Shown here piece after piece: positions 8,562 through 16,293 of a DNA stretch of 25,843 nucleotides (its first letter is position 1; every line of letters starts with the position of its first letter). The position numbers and the translations under genes were made by a program. The notes beneath the pieces were generated by a model, which worked only from the letters and a program-made list of their open reading frames with translations, was not told the DNA's origin and did no database searches. Source of the DNA: Thermoplasmata archaeon (GTDB lineage: Archaea; Thermoplasmatota; Thermoplasmata; Lutacidiplasmatales; UBA184); the NCBI GenBank assembly GCA_030040755.1, contig JASHTC010000216.1:1-25843 (forward strand). The letters are read 5' to 3'.

Positions 8562-9551
8562 TTACACCATATCCGCCGTGAGCGTGTACATGAAGAAGAT
8601 GAACCCGAACTGGGCGATCGGGATCAGGAGGCCCACGATCGCCCAGAGGATGTCGATCATGAACGTCCCGCCGCCGCCGATGACGGCGAAGATCGCGATG
8701 ATGATGACCAGGAAGAGCGGGAAGGCGACCACGACGGTGACGAACGTCTCGGCCATCAGCCCGAGGGTCTCGACGCGGGAGAGCATCTCGAGCTTGTTCT
8801 CCGCCTCGTACTGCTCGCTCTTGAGCAGGAAGTAGGGCTTCAGCTGGCCCCCGCTGGTCGCGGTCGTCACGACGCCCTGCAGGAAGTCCTGGAACCGCTT
8901 GGAGGGGCTCCGCTGAGCCCCCGTGCGGATCGCGGTCAGGATGTCGACCCCGAGCAGCTCAGTGTCCCGGGTGATCCAGGCGGCCTCCTCGGCGACCTCG
9001 CCGTAGATCTTCTGGCGCGCCAGCTCCTTGAAGATCTGGTCGACGTTGACGTCGGCGGACGCCATCGCGCTGACGAAGCTCATCGCCGGGCTGATCTTCC
9101 GGTCGATCTTGCGTCCGCGCGCCTTCGCGGTGGACGCCGGGGTCCCCGGCATCCCGAAGAGGGTCCCCACGAACGCGAGCACGGGGAGGCCGACCGCGAG
9201 GAGAATCCCGACGAACAGGGGGAGGCCGACGATCTCGACCATGAAGAAGGCGGCGCCGACCCCCGCGACGGCCATCCCGATCGCGGCGACGATGCTGGTC
9301 CCGTAGACCATCGCCATGTACTCGTCGGCGCGCAGCCGGATGTGGGCCTTCAGCAGGTTCTCCTCGAGGGTCGGGTCGGGGGGCCGGGCGAGGACCCGCT
9401 GACGGAACGTCTTCCAGCACCAGCGCTGGAACGGGGTGAGGGTCGAGTGGGTCGGCTGCTCGCCGCGCTTGAGGCGGACCGTGCGGGCGCCCTCGGGAAG
9501 GGCGACGCCGGCTCGGCTCGCGGGCGCGTTCGAGGTCGGGGTCGCGGGCAT
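8562..9551 (-). CDS. TadC/FlaJ-like (T2SS F domain) membrane platform protein, 329 aa
   Basis: LLKAHIRLRADEY, IYGEVAEE...RDTELLGVDILTAI, SPSKRFQDFLQG...SGG; N- and C-terminal transmembrane segments. Confidence 0.9.
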   Translation of the reverse strand: MPATPTSNAPASRAGVALPEGARTVRLKRGEQPTHSTLTPFQRWCWKTFRQRVLARPPDPTLEENLLKAHIRLRADEYMAMVYGTSIVAAIGMAVAGVGAAFFMVEIVGLPLFVGILLAVGLPVLAFVGTLFGMPGTPASTAKARGRKIDRKISPAMSFVSAMASADVNVDQIFKELARQKIYGEVAEEAAWITRDTELLGVDILTAIRTGAQRSPSKRFQDFLQGVVTTATSGGQLKPYFLLKSEQYEAENKLEMLSRVETLGLMAETFVTVVVAFPLFLVIIIAIFAVIGGGGTFMIDILWAIVGLLIPIAQFGFIFFMYTLTADMV

Positions 9552-9554
9552 CCG

Positions 9555-11210
9555 CTAGACCCCCTTCGGGAACGGAGTCCCCGCCTGGACGCGCGTCATG
9601 ACCTCGGTCGGGTCCTTGTAGTACTGCGCCACGATCCGCCACAGCTGGCGGTAGTCGGTGATCTTGAACTTCACGAGATAGCGGATCACGTCGACCCGGC
9701 GCTGGAACTCGGCGTCCATCTCGTCGGTCGTGAAGTTCCGGATCTCGGTGATCTTGTCGAACAGGAACGAGTGGCCCTTGAAGGTGAACCCATCGGTCGC
9801 CGGGTCCCACTCGTAGACCGTGTTGGTGATCAGCTCGTTGGTCTCGGGCTCGAACCCGACGATCTCGAGCACCTGCTTCAGCCGCCGGACCACCCCCTTC
9901 TCGGTCCGGGCCTGGATCTGGATGATGACGTTGTTCAGCGCCGAGAGCAGGATCCGCGGGGTGTTGATCGGCGGGTTCTCGAGGCGGTTGACCATCGACT
10001 TCACGCTGTCGGCGTGCATGGTCGAGTAGGTCGTGTGGCCGGTGGCCATCGCCTGGAACATCGTGTACGTCTCCTTGCCGCGGACCTCCCCCACGATGAT
10101 GTAGTTCGGCCGCTGCCGCAGCGCGGCCCGCACGAGGTCGAACATGTCGACCTCGCCCGCGGTCTTCCCGTCCGGCCCGCGGTCCCCGGTCCCGGACCGG
10201 GTGGCGCCGGGGATCCAGTTCTCGTGCGGGAGGTTGACCTCCCGCGTGTCCTCGATCGAGACGATCTTGGAGGTCGGGGGGATGAAGAGCGCGATGGCGT
10301 TCAGCGTGCTGGTCTTGCCCGCGGCGGGGCCCCCGCAGATGATCACCGACTCGCCCTGCTCGGCCGCGAGCCAGAAGTAGGCGACCATCTCCTCGTTCGC
10401 GCTGCCCATCAGGACGAGGTCGACCGGGGTGAACGGCCGCTCCTTGAACCGCCGGATCGTGAAGCTCGCGCCGCGCGTCGTGATCTCGCGCGCGTACGTC
10501 GCCTGGACCCGGTGCCCCTCGGGCGTGGTGCCGTCCAGGATCGGGGAGGAGACGCTGACCGACTTGCTGCAGCGCTGGCCCAGCATGACGATGAACGAGT
10601 TGAGGGAGTCCTCGTCGGCGAAGACGACGTTCGTCTTCATCGACTCGTACTTCCCGTGGAAGATGAAGATCGGTACGTCCACCCCGTCGCACGAGATGTC
10701 CTCGACCTCCGGGTCGAGGATCAGGGAGTCGACCGGGCCGTAGCCCACGAAGTCGCGCAGGAGGTAGTAGATGATCCGCTCGGTCGAGAGGGGGGAGAGC
10801 GGGACGTCCCGGCTGCGGAAGTACTCCTCCGCCTCCCCGCGGAGGTAGGAGCGCTTGTCCGCGGTCGAGAGGTTGGCCGTCTCGCTGCCGAGGATCTGGG
10901 TCATGGTCGTCTTCAGGTGGGCGACCAGCCCCTTCTCGTGCGCGGAGAGCTGGGGCTCGATGATCTCGTAGAGGTACTCCTTGTTCCGGTCGTTGTAGGA
11001 GACCCGCGAGTAGGAGTAGGGCGGGTTGACCGCCTGCACCTCGAGCTCGCGCATCGTGGGCTCGGCGAGCGGCGGAAGGGCCGTGATGAACGTCCCGGGG
11101 ACGTCCGTCGTCGGGAGGGCGGACTGCGCGCTGGTGTCGAGCGGGTTCGGCTCCACCGCCGGGGTGCGGGGGATCTTGACGCGGAACGACGAGCCGCCGG
11201 ACGCGGTCAC
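9555..11210 (-). CDS. Type IV pilus / type II-IV secretion ATPase (FlaI/PilB/TadA-like), copy 1, 551 aa
   Basis: EDISCDG, Walker A GGPAAGKTS, IEDTREV, Walker B IIVGEVRG, His box STMHA. Confidence 0.93.
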   Translation of the reverse strand: MTASGGSSFRVKIPRTPAVEPNPLDTSAQSALPTTDVPGTFITALPPLAEPTMRELEVQAVNPPYSYSRVSYNDRNKEYLYEIIEPQLSAHEKGLVAHLKTTMTQILGSETANLSTADKRSYLRGEAEEYFRSRDVPLSPLSTERIIYYLLRDFVGYGPVDSLILDPEVEDISCDGVDVPIFIFHGKYESMKTNVVFADEDSLNSFIVMLGQRCSKSVSVSSPILDGTTPEGHRVQATYAREITTRGASFTIRRFKERPFTPVDLVLMGSANEEMVAYFWLAAEQGESVIICGGPAAGKTSTLNAIALFIPPTSKIVSIEDTREVNLPHENWIPGATRSGTGDRGPDGKTAGEVDMFDLVRAALRQRPNYIIVGEVRGKETYTMFQAMATGHTTYSTMHADSVKSMVNRLENPPINTPRILLSALNNVIIQIQARTEKGVVRRLKQVLEIVGFEPETNELITNTVYEWDPATDGFTFKGHSFLFDKITEIRNFTTDEMDAEFQRRVDVIRYLVKFKITDYRQLWRIVAQYYKDPTEVMTRVQAGTPFPKGV

Positions 11211-11214
11211 GGGC

Positions 11215-12288
11215 TCACGTCCCCCCCACGCCGGTGCTGACCTGCACGCCGGCGTAATCGTACTGGACGTAGTTCACGTTCGCCACGGTGAGGGTGATCA
11301 CGGTCGTCTCGCCGCTCCCGGACGAGCACGCCGCCGTGGTGGGGGGGGTGGTGGACGTGAGGTTGGTGCCGGGGCTCAGTTGCGTATAGCTCCAGTCGGT
11401 GCTCGCCAGCCCGCTCACCGCCATCGTCTGCAGGAGGTACGACGTCCAGGCGCACGGGTACTGGGTCCCAATCTTGAAGGTGAAGGTGAACGGCATCGGG
11501 GTGTTGTTGGTCGACCCGGGGGCGACCGCGCCCCGGGACGTGACCGGCTGGCTGTACCGCAGGTGGCTGTAGAGGTCCTGGCTGCCCAGCCCGACGATCG
11601 AGGACTCGTTCCCGTACATCTGGAGCATGCTCGTGGAGATCGTCGTGTTGCCGGCGGCGGTGTGGGTGATGTTGAACGGCGGGTTGACGTCCATGTCCTC
11701 GTAGCCCCCGGGCTGCCACTGGATGACGGCGTCGTCCTCGTAGAAGAACGTCACCGGCGTGTAGTACCGGTTCGGCAGGACCATCTCGAGGACGCCGGTG
11801 GGGATCCGCTGGCTGTAGCCTCCCGAGCCGCCCGGCCCGTTCTGGAGGCTGATGTTCGCGAACAGGCAGGCGGCGGGGTTGACCGGCTGGCCGATCCCCT
11901 TGGCGAAGCCGGGGTCGGTCACGTTGAACCCTTTGGCACACCCCGAGGGGAGGAACTCGAGGATCCCCTCGGTCGGCTGGGCGAGGAGGGGGACGCTGCC
12001 CGAGCTGAGCGTGAACGGCACCCCGACGGTCTGGGGTCCCCCGAGCTCGTACTGGGAGTCCACCGCGGACTTGAAGCTGGAGAAGGCGAGGTCGGCCTGG
12101 GAGGTGAACGCGGCCTCGTTCTCGGTCATCCACAAGGGGAGGTACTGCGTCACGAACACCCCGAACAGCGTGAAGAAGACCAGGAGGGCGAGGAGGGTGC
12201 CGATGACGGCGACGACCCCCCGCCGATTGCGGAGCCGGCGACGGGCCCGGCGAGACCAGCGGCTCGTGCGATGACTCGGCTCCCCCAT
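11215..12288 (-). CDS. Large pilin-like surface protein with class III signal peptide, 357 aa
   Basis: Basic leader ending RNRRG|VVAVIGTLLALLVFFTLFG (prepilin-peptidase-type site after G24); Thr/Ser/Gly/Asn-rich body with seven N-X-S/T sequons and four Cys; first gene of the pilus operon. Confidence 0.8.
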   Translation of the reverse strand: MGEPSHRTSRWSRRARRRLRNRRGVVAVIGTLLALLVFFTLFGVFVTQYLPLWMTENEAAFTSQADLAFSSFKSAVDSQYELGGPQTVGVPFTLSSGSVPLLAQPTEGILEFLPSGCAKGFNVTDPGFAKGIGQPVNPAACLFANISLQNGPGGSGGYSQRIPTGVLEMVLPNRYYTPVTFFYEDDAVIQWQPGGYEDMDVNPPFNITHTAAGNTTISTSMLQMYGNESSIVGLGSQDLYSHLRYSQPVTSRGAVAPGSTNNTPMPFTFTFKIGTQYPCAWTSYLLQTMAVSGLASTDWSYTQLSPGTNLTSTTPPTTAACSSGSGETTVITLTVANVNYVQYDYAGVQVSTGVGGT

Positions 12289-12300
12289 CCGACAGACCGG

Positions 12301-12324
12301 CTGTAGCCTCGCGGGAGGTTACAG
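12301..12324 (-). promoter_or_regulatory. Putative 5'-UTR hairpin of the pilus operon
   Basis: Minus-strand CTGTAACCTC-CCGC-GAGGCTACAG: 10-bp stem with one mismatch, 12 nt before the pilin ATG. Confidence 0.45.
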
Positions 12325-12346
12325 TAGCGAGAATTAGGCCCGATTC

Positions 12347-12360
12347 GGGTATAAATACCC
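12347..12360. promoter_or_regulatory. Palindromic TATA element of the pilus operon
   Basis: GGGTAT-AA-ATACCC; reads TATTTATA on the minus strand and TATAAATA on the plus strand. Confidence 0.65.
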
Positions 12361-12429
12361 TCACTGGAACGGCGACGCCCGGGTCGCGGCGGGTCGAACC
12401 TTTAGGCCGGGACGGGTACCGGGCGCCGG

Positions 12430-12918
12430 ATGACCCTGCGCGAGATCTCCCTCACGCTCCCGAACCGTCCCGGGGCGCTCGCCGGGGTCGCCCGCGTCCT
12501 CGCGAGGGAGCGGATCAACCTCGCCGCGATCAGCGTCGACTCCGCCGCGGGCAAGGGACGGGTCCGCCTGATCGTCAGCGACCCGGACCGGGCCCTGGTC
12601 CTCCTCTCGACCGCCGGCTACGACACCGAGGTCCGGGAGATGATGGCGGTGCGGATGGAGGACCGGGCGGGGAGCTTCCTGCGGGTCCTCGAGGCGCTCG
12701 CCCGGGCGAAGGTGAACCTCCAGAGCGTGGCGATCCTCGTCCAGCGCGACGGGGCCCACCCCCTGGTCGCGCTCTCCGCGACCGACCTCACCCGCGCCCG
12801 GAGGGTCCTGCGGCAGGCCGGCTTCTCGAGCACGGCCGCCGAGCGCCTCGTCTCCAACGCCGACCTGCTGGCGAGCGCCCCCTCCATCCCGGGCGAGTCG
12901 GTCGGCCTGCTCCTGTAG
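12430..12918 (+). CDS. Tandem ACT-domain protein, 162 aa
   Basis: Two ACT repeats (LPNRPGALAGVARVLARERINL and MEDRAGSFLRVLEALARAKVNL); CTTTAGG box about 25 nt upstream. Confidence 0.85.
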   Translation: MTLREISLTLPNRPGALAGVARVLARERINLAAISVDSAAGKGRVRLIVSDPDRALVLLSTAGYDTEVREMMAVRMEDRAGSFLRVLEALARAKVNLQSVAILVQRDGAHPLVALSATDLTRARRVLRQAGFSSTAAERLVSNADLLASAPSIPGESVGLLL

Positions 12919-12976
12919 CCGCGCGGGTGGGCGCCGCACAAAGCGTAAGAGGCGAGCCTCCTCCCCGTCTGTTCGC

Positions 12977-13048
12977 GCGGTTGTGGTCTAGTGGTTAGGA
13001 CGGTAGCTTCCCAAGCTACCTACTCGGGTTCGAATCCCGACAACCGCA
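12977..13048 (+). tRNA. tRNA-Gly(CCC), no intron, CCA not encoded
   Basis: Acceptor GCGGTTG/CAACCGC-A, anticodon arm GTAGC-TT CCC AA-GCTAC (anticodon 13010-13012), T arm TCGGG-TTCGAAT-CCCGA. Confidence 0.95.
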
Positions 13049-13147
13049 CTCGACGGACCGCCCGGACTCCCGCGGCCGGGGCATCGGCCGACCGCGTCCG
13101 TCGGGAAGCGGGCCCCCAACCGCCCCCTTCGACGGCCGGTCGTCCGC

Positions 13148-14029
13148 TCACGGAAGAGGCGGCGCGAACGAGGGCGAGGCCGGGCCGGCCGCGGCGTACT
13201 GGTAGGCGGGGGGCAATAGGTCCGGGTCCACCTTGCCCGTCGTGGCATACCGGTAGAGCGCCGCGCGCAGGATCCCCTCCGCCGCCGAGCCCACGAGGAG
13301 CACCACGACGGCGATCGCGACGGCCGCGACAACGAGCACCAGCCCGACCACGGTCGCGCCCCCGAAGAGGATGAGGAGGCCGAGGACGCCGATGACGAGC
13401 GCGGCGACCAGGCCCGCGCCGATGATCAGGCCAAGGACGAGGTTGGAGACCAGGCTGCGACCGAAGGTCGAGGTGAACAGGTGGGCCGAGCGGCGGATCG
13501 AGCTCCAGGCGCCGCCCCGCTCGTAGAGCACGACCGGGACCATGAAGTAGGTCATGACCCCCCACGCCGCCCCGCCCGCGACCCCGACGACCGTCCCCGC
13601 GATCCCGCCGATCCGCCGGGCGAGGACCTGGATGACGAGGCCGACGGTCGCCGCGATGAACGCCCAGGCGGTCAGCGGTCCGATCCGGCTCCGGGCGACC
13701 CGCCAGCCGTCCGCCGCGGTCGGCTGCTGCCCGTTCAGCTTGAGCGTCGCCGCCGCGATGAGGCCAGCCGTGGCGAAGACGGAGACCCAGGAGACCGCCA
13801 GGTACATCGCGAGGAACATCCCGACGCCGACGAGCTGGTAGGTCGTGCCCGCGTTCCCCCCGAGGGAGGCGAGGGGGAGGATCCACAGCGCTCCGAGCAG
13901 GAACAGGGCCAGGACCCCGAGGATCGACAGGGCCGCGACCACCGGGAAGACGAGGAGCGCTCGGTCCTCGCCGATCATCCGGAAGGAGGCCTTCGTGAGC
14001 TTCCAGGAGTCGGAAAACGTGCCGGGCAT
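13148..14029 (-). CDS. Multi-pass membrane protein, DUF6159-like, 293 aa
   Basis: FSDSWKLTKASFRMIGEDRALLVFP, AIAV...LRAALYRYATTG and several long hydrophobic segments; family assignment from recall. Confidence 0.75.
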   Translation of the reverse strand: MPGTFSDSWKLTKASFRMIGEDRALLVFPVVAALSILGVLALFLLGALWILPLASLGGNAGTTYQLVGVGMFLAMYLAVSWVSVFATAGLIAAATLKLNGQQPTAADGWRVARSRIGPLTAWAFIAATVGLVIQVLARRIGGIAGTVVGVAGGAAWGVMTYFMVPVVLYERGGAWSSIRRSAHLFTSTFGRSLVSNLVLGLIIGAGLVAALVIGVLGLLILFGGATVVGLVLVVAAVAIAVVVLLVGSAAEGILRAALYRYATTGKVDPDLLPPAYQYAAAGPASPSFAPPLP

Positions 14030-14127
14030 ACGCAGGTCTCAATGTCGACCAGTACAGCCCCGGTACGTTACTTGAGGCTTCGGGACCCATGCGCCGCCGT
14101 CGCAGGGGAAGGGCCGGAGCCCTCAGG

Positions 14128-14234
14128 TCCCGGCTGCCTGACTCGAACAGGCGACCTGAGGATCTCTACGGGGGCCGCCGGGGGTCCGGCAGTCTCGACT
14201 ACAGTCCCCCGCTCTACCACTGAGCTAAGCCGGG
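14128..14234 (-). tRNA. tRNA-Tyr(GTA) with a 35-nt intron at 37/38 (14164-14198)
   Basis: Archaeal-type C1:G72 acceptor CCCGGCT/AGCCGGG-A, anticodon arm GGGGA-CT GTA G|A-TCCTC, T arm GCCTG-TTCGAGT-CAGGC; spliced length 72 nt. Confidence 0.93.
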
Positions 14235-14259
14235 ACAATCCGAGGAGCGGGCGTTGACC

Positions 14260-14268
14260 TATAAACTT
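14260..14268. promoter_or_regulatory. TATA element between divergent tRNA-Tyr and histidine phosphatase genes
   Basis: TATAAACTT; the only strong AT island in the 63-nt gap, 26 nt from the tRNA 5' end and about 30 nt from ATG 14298. Confidence 0.65.
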
Positions 14269-14297
14269 GGCGTCGGTCGGGGACGACGCGCGACGGG

Positions 14298-14840
14298 ATG
14301 AGGGTCCTCGAGCACCGACGCCACAGCCAGCGGGACCCCGCGGGGGTCCACCTGAACGACGCGGGCCTCGCGCTGGCCCGGGTCGTCCGTCGTGACCTCG
14401 GGGGGTTCGACCGCACGGTCACCTCCCCGCGACCCCGGGCGGTGGAGACCGCGCAGGCGCTGGGCGTTCTCGCCCCCGACGTGCTCCCCGAGCTCGCGGA
14501 GATGCCGGACGACGTGGGAGGGGTGATGGGGGAGAGAGCCCCAAAGACCTTCGCGGAGTATCTGGCCCAGATCCGGTCCAGCCGGGCGGCGCAGGAGTAC
14601 GCCACCCGCCAGGCCTCCGTCTGGAGCGAGGCCCTCGGCTCCCTTCCCGAGGGGGGGCGGTTGCTGATGATCTCGCACGGGGGGGTCATCGAGTTCGGAG
14701 CCTGCGGCGCCCTCCCCCGGGCCGCGCGGGGCTGGGGACCCTCGCTGGGCTATCTGGAGGGGGTTCGACTCGAATGGGACCGGGGCCGCTGGGTCCGCGG
14801 CACGGTCGTGCGCGTGCCGGCGTCCCCGCTCAGTCGATGA
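14298..14840 (+). CDS. Histidine phosphatase family protein (phosphoglycerate mutase/SixA-like), 180 aa
   Basis: RRHS (RHG-like) motif, LNDAG, TSPRPRAVETA and MISHGG. Confidence 0.8.
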   Translation: MRVLEHRRHSQRDPAGVHLNDAGLALARVVRRDLGGFDRTVTSPRPRAVETAQALGVLAPDVLPELAEMPDDVGGVMGERAPKTFAEYLAQIRSSRAAQEYATRQASVWSEALGSLPEGGRLLMISHGGVIEFGACGALPRAARGWGPSLGYLEGVRLEWDRGRWVRGTVVRVPASPLSR

Positions 14841-15459
14841 GGCGACGCACTCGGGCGCGGACCTCGTCGGGGGTTCCCCGCGCGTCGACCGCTCGCAGGA
14901 GCCCCCTCGCCCGGTAGAGCTCCCGGAGGGGGGCGGTCTGCTCGGCGTAGACCCGGAGGCGGGTCGCCACCGCCTCGGGCCGGTCGTCGGGGCGTTGCAC
15001 GAGCTCCGTGCCGTCGCGGTCGCATCGGCCGGCGACCCGCGGCGGCTGGGTCAGGAGATTGTAGACGCTCTGGCAGGTCGGGCAGACGCGACGGTTGACC
15101 AACCGGCTCTCCAGGACATCGCTGGGTAGGTCGAACGCGACGACCACATCGACCGGCGTGATCCGGTCGAGCGCGACCGCCTGGGCCGGGTTCCGCGGGA
15201 ACCCGTCGAGGATGAACCCGCCGGCCGCGTCGGGCCGGCCGAGCCGCTCCTGGAGGATCTGGAGGACCAGGTCGTCGGGGACGAGACCCCCGGCGCGCAT
15301 GTGGCCCTCCGCCTGCCGCCCGAGGGGGCTCTGGGCCGCGACGGCGGCGCGGAGGAGGTCCCCGGTCGACAGGTGCGGGATCCGGAGCTCGCGGGCGAGC
15401 TCGGCGGCCTGCGTTCCCTTGCCGACCCCGGGGGGACCCACGAAGACGACGCGAACCAT
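14830..15459 (-). CDS. adk: Adenylate kinase, bacterial type with zinc-binding LID
   Basis: GPPGVGKGTQA, HLSTGDLLR, GFILDGFPR, LID motif C-X2-C-X16-C-X2-D, RPDD. Start placed at ATG 15459 (MVRVVF). Confidence 0.95.
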   Translation of the reverse strand: MVRVVFVGPPGVGKGTQAAELARELRIPHLSTGDLLRAAVAAQSPLGRQAEGHMRAGGLVPDDLVLQILQERLGRPDAAGGFILDGFPRNPAQAVALDRITPVDVVVAFDLPSDVLESRLVNRRVCPTCQSVYNLLTQPPRVAGRCDRDGTELVQRPDDRPEAVATRLRVYAEQTAPLRELYRARGLLRAVDARGTPDEVRARVRRLID

Positions 15460-15481
15460 GCGGGACGGCACGCCCCCTCGC

Positions 15482-16210
15482 TTAAGGCGGTGTCGTCGGC
15501 GCTCCGCCGACCTGGGTCCCGTCGAACGGGCGACCGCGCAGCGCCGCCTCCAGGGCGGGTAGGTTGCGCCCCTGCACGATCGCGAGCGGGATCCCGGCCC
15601 GGGCGAGCGAGTCGGCCCCGAGCCGGTCGAACAGGAAGTTCTCCCCGGCCGCGCCCGTCGCGGCTCCGTGCACGAGCGCGCGGAACTCCGTCCAGGGGAT
15701 CTTCTCGATGCGGTGGGCGTCCGCGTAGGCCCGGGGGTCGCGGTCGTAGAGAGCGTCCACGTTCGTCGCGTTGACCATCCGGGCCGCCCGCAACCGGACG
15801 GCGAGGAGGGCGGCCACGGCGTCCGTCGTGTGGCCGGGCTCCGTTCCCCCGAGCACGACCGGGGAGGCCCGGCCGAGCTCGTGCACGACCTCCCGGAGGG
15901 TCGTCGGAGGATGGGCGGGGGTCGGGCTCCCGATGCGGGCCGCGAGCAGGCGGGCGTGCAGCCGAGTGACCTCGATCCCGAGCTCGTCCAGCTCGACCTC
16001 GGTGAGCTCGAGCTTTCGGCCGAGGCCGATGTACTCCCGGGCGGTGCGGCCGCCTCCGGTCGTCACCGCCAGGGGCCCCTCCTGGCCCACCCGGCGCAGC
16101 AGGGCCGCCAACCGGTCCAGGTACCCGACGTCGTCGTCCCCGGTCAGGAGCACGGAGCCGCCGATGGAGACGACCACGGGGCGGGCCGTGCGGGGCTCGC
16201 GGGTCGGCAT
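15482..16210 (-). CDS. pyrH: UMP kinase, archaeal type, 242 aa
   Basis: VVVSIGGS, VTTGGGRTAREYI, ELDELGIEVTRLHA, GGTEPGHTTDAVAA, TNVDALYDRDP. Confidence 0.93.
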   Translation of the reverse strand: MPTREPRTARPVVVSIGGSVLLTGDDDVGYLDRLAALLRRVGQEGPLAVTTGGGRTAREYIGLGRKLELTEVELDELGIEVTRLHARLLAARIGSPTPAHPPTTLREVVHELGRASPVVLGGTEPGHTTDAVAALLAVRLRAARMVNATNVDALYDRDPRAYADAHRIEKIPWTEFRALVHGAATGAAGENFLFDRLGADSLARAGIPLAIVQGRNLPALEAALRGRPFDGTQVGGAPTTPP

Positions 16211-16259
16211 CGTCTCGCGGGAGGAGCCCGCCGACTTAGCGATGTCGGCGGGCCGGGCG

Positions 16260-16276
16260 CCGGGTTGAATACCCGG
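16260..16276 (+). promoter_or_regulatory. rpiA TATA-like box framed by an inverted repeat
   Basis: CCGGGT-TGAAT-ACCCGG; TTGAATA lies about 23 nt before GTG 16294. Confidence 0.5.
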
Positions 16277-16293
16277 GCCTCCTCCCCGGGGCC

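Noticed and set aside
5821-12288. Archaellum or conjugative T4SS interpretation of the ATPase/TadC cluster
   Set aside because: No flaB/C/D/E/F/G/H-like genes, and no VirB4/VirD4 or relaxase motifs; the architecture fits a type IV pilus.
12977-14234. Possible integrated element between tRNA-Gly and tRNA-Tyr
   Set aside because: No integrase, no duplicated tRNA 3' end found by eye and no composition shift; the interval holds one ordinary membrane protein gene.
14830-15459. Bacterial-type zinc-LID adenylate kinase in an archaeon as a sign of recent transfer
   Set aside because: This Adk type is already known in several euryarchaeal groups including Thermoplasmatales, and its composition matches the neighbours.
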